Assembly: GCF_018350175.1 (NCBI RefSeq)
Contig: NC_058372.1
Span: forward strand, 147,560,001-147,624,000
DNA from: Felis catus
Lineage: Eukaryota
Direction: 5' to 3'
DNA: 64,000 bases
The notes below the pieces were generated by a model. That model did no database searches. It was not told where the DNA came from and saw only the letters and a list, made by a program, of their open reading frames with translations. Of this stretch, positions 62,893 to 64,000 are shown piece after piece (position 1 is the first letter of the stretch; every line of letters starts with the position of its first letter). The position numbers and the translations under genes are program-made.

Positions 62893-63070
62893 GAAGGAGC
62901 CTGGGTGGCTCAGTCATATAAGCGGTTGATTCTCGATTTCGGCTCAGGTCACCGCTCGTGAGTTCGAGCCCCGCTTGGGATTCTGTCTCCTTCTCTCTCT
63001 GCCCCTCCCCAGCTCACTCTCTATCATTTTTTTAAAAAATAAATAAAAAGAAACTTAAAAAAAATAAAAG
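62893..63070 (+). mobile_element. CanSINE with internal deletion
   Basis: GAGCCCCGC joined directly to TTGGGATTC. Confidence 0.9.
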
Positions 63071-63071
63071 A

Positions 63072-63303
63072 GGGGTACCTGGGTGGTTGGTTAAGTTGGT
63101 GAAGGGTCCGACCCTTGGTTTCGGCTTGGGACATAATCTCGCGGTTTCATGAGTTCCAGCCCCATGCTGGGCTCTGTTGCTGTCAGCTCGGATCCTGCTT
63201 GGGATTCTCTGCCTCTTTCTCTCTCTGCCCCTCACCCCACTCACACTGTCTCTGTCTTCCTCAAGTAAATAAATAAGTCTTTTAAATAATTAAAAATAAA
63301 ATA
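63072..63303 (+). mobile_element. CanSINE abutting or inserted in the A tail of the preceding SINE
   Basis: GGGGTACCTGGGTGG head follows the A tail directly. Confidence 0.9.
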
Positions 63304-63535
63304 AAACGTTCATTTACGTTGTCTCCATAAAATAAAATAGCATAGCTTCTTATCACTTATTTAATCAATAATCTATTTTCATACACCGGCTTATTTTAAA
63401 TATTTCGTTATTTAAAAAAGTAAGACCAAACAGGCTTATAGACAATTATTGGAATATGTCTATGACTGTTTCCAGAGTGTAAACACCTGGAAGTTAAATT
63501 ATGAAATAGAAACACTTTTAAGAATAAATATTCGC

Positions 63536-63756
63536 GGGGCGCCTGGGTGGCTTGGTCGGTGAAGCGTCCAACTTCGGCTCAGGTCATGATCTCGCGGTCC
63601 GTGAGTTCGAGCCCCGCGTCGGGCTCTGTGCTGACAGCTCAGAGCCTGGAGCCTGTTTCGGATTCTGTGTCTCCCTCTCTCTCTGCTCCTCCCCTGTTCA
63701 TGCTCTGCCTCTCTCTGTCTCAAAAATAAATAAACGTTAAAAAAAATTTAAAAAAA
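63536..63756 (+). mobile_element. Young CanSINE
   Basis: Perfect TSD AAGAATAAATATTCGC at 63520-63535 and 63757-63772; CpGs intact. Confidence 0.98.
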
Positions 63757-63779
63757 AAGAATAAATATTCGCTCTCAAT

Positions 63780-63995
63780 GTATGGCAGAGGGCAGAGAGA
63801 AGTCCCTGGAGTAAACAGACATGGTCCCAAATTCTAGTTATGCTATTTGTCTGCTGTGCGAGCGTCAGCCGGTTACTTTTTTTTCTTATATGGGTATTGG
63901 ACAAAATAGTTCTGCCTTATAGGATTGTTAGACAAAATAAATAATACATATTTCTTCTTCAAAAGCCAAGCATGGAATAAAGACTCAATAAATAT
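63780..63995. mobile_element. MIR
   Basis: GGAGTAAACAGAC...CCTTATAGGATTGTT...ACTCAATAAAT. Confidence 0.6.
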
Positions 63996-64000
63996 AAGAT

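Noticed and set aside
436-63740. Recurring ORFs such as AQSVKRPTSAQVMISRSVSSSPASGSVLTAQSLEP
   Set aside because: Translations of CanSINE copies, not a gene family
1-64000. CRISPR arrays, operons, rRNA, NUMTs or processed pseudogenes
   Set aside because: Mammalian repeat-rich DNA; no spacer-repeat array and no rRNA, mitochondrial or mRNA-derived sequence recognised

Overview
Mammalian nuclear DNA, almost certainly from a felid (cat family): 33 tRNA-derived CanSINE/SINEC_Fc-type elements and carnivore-type L1 3' ends. Two sized N gaps suggest a scaffolded draft assembly. The window is essentially intergenic and dominated by repeats: old L1M fragments (often nested), L2, MIR, MaLR/ERVL/ERV1 solo LTRs and hAT/Tigger DNA-transposon relics. 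I found no protein-coding exon I can support; the six-frame ORFs are SINE read-throughs, decayed L1 ORF1/ORF2 pieces or chance. The only gene-like signal is near the right end (~61.7-62.8 kb): a moderately CpG-rich segment with an RFX X-box-like motif and a perfect CAG|GTGAGT donor. This is probably the promoter and non-coding first exon of a + strand gene that continues beyond the window, and I cannot name it. Other notable items are a Tigger/pogo-like DNA transposon relic (18.7-19.3 kb), a SINE inserted into the head of another SINE, an L1 insertion with a template-jump duplication, and an internally deleted L1MB that keeps both ends. I see no convincing novel multi-gene system. Repeat family names come from recalled consensus similarity, not a database search, and boundaries of old repeats are approximate.
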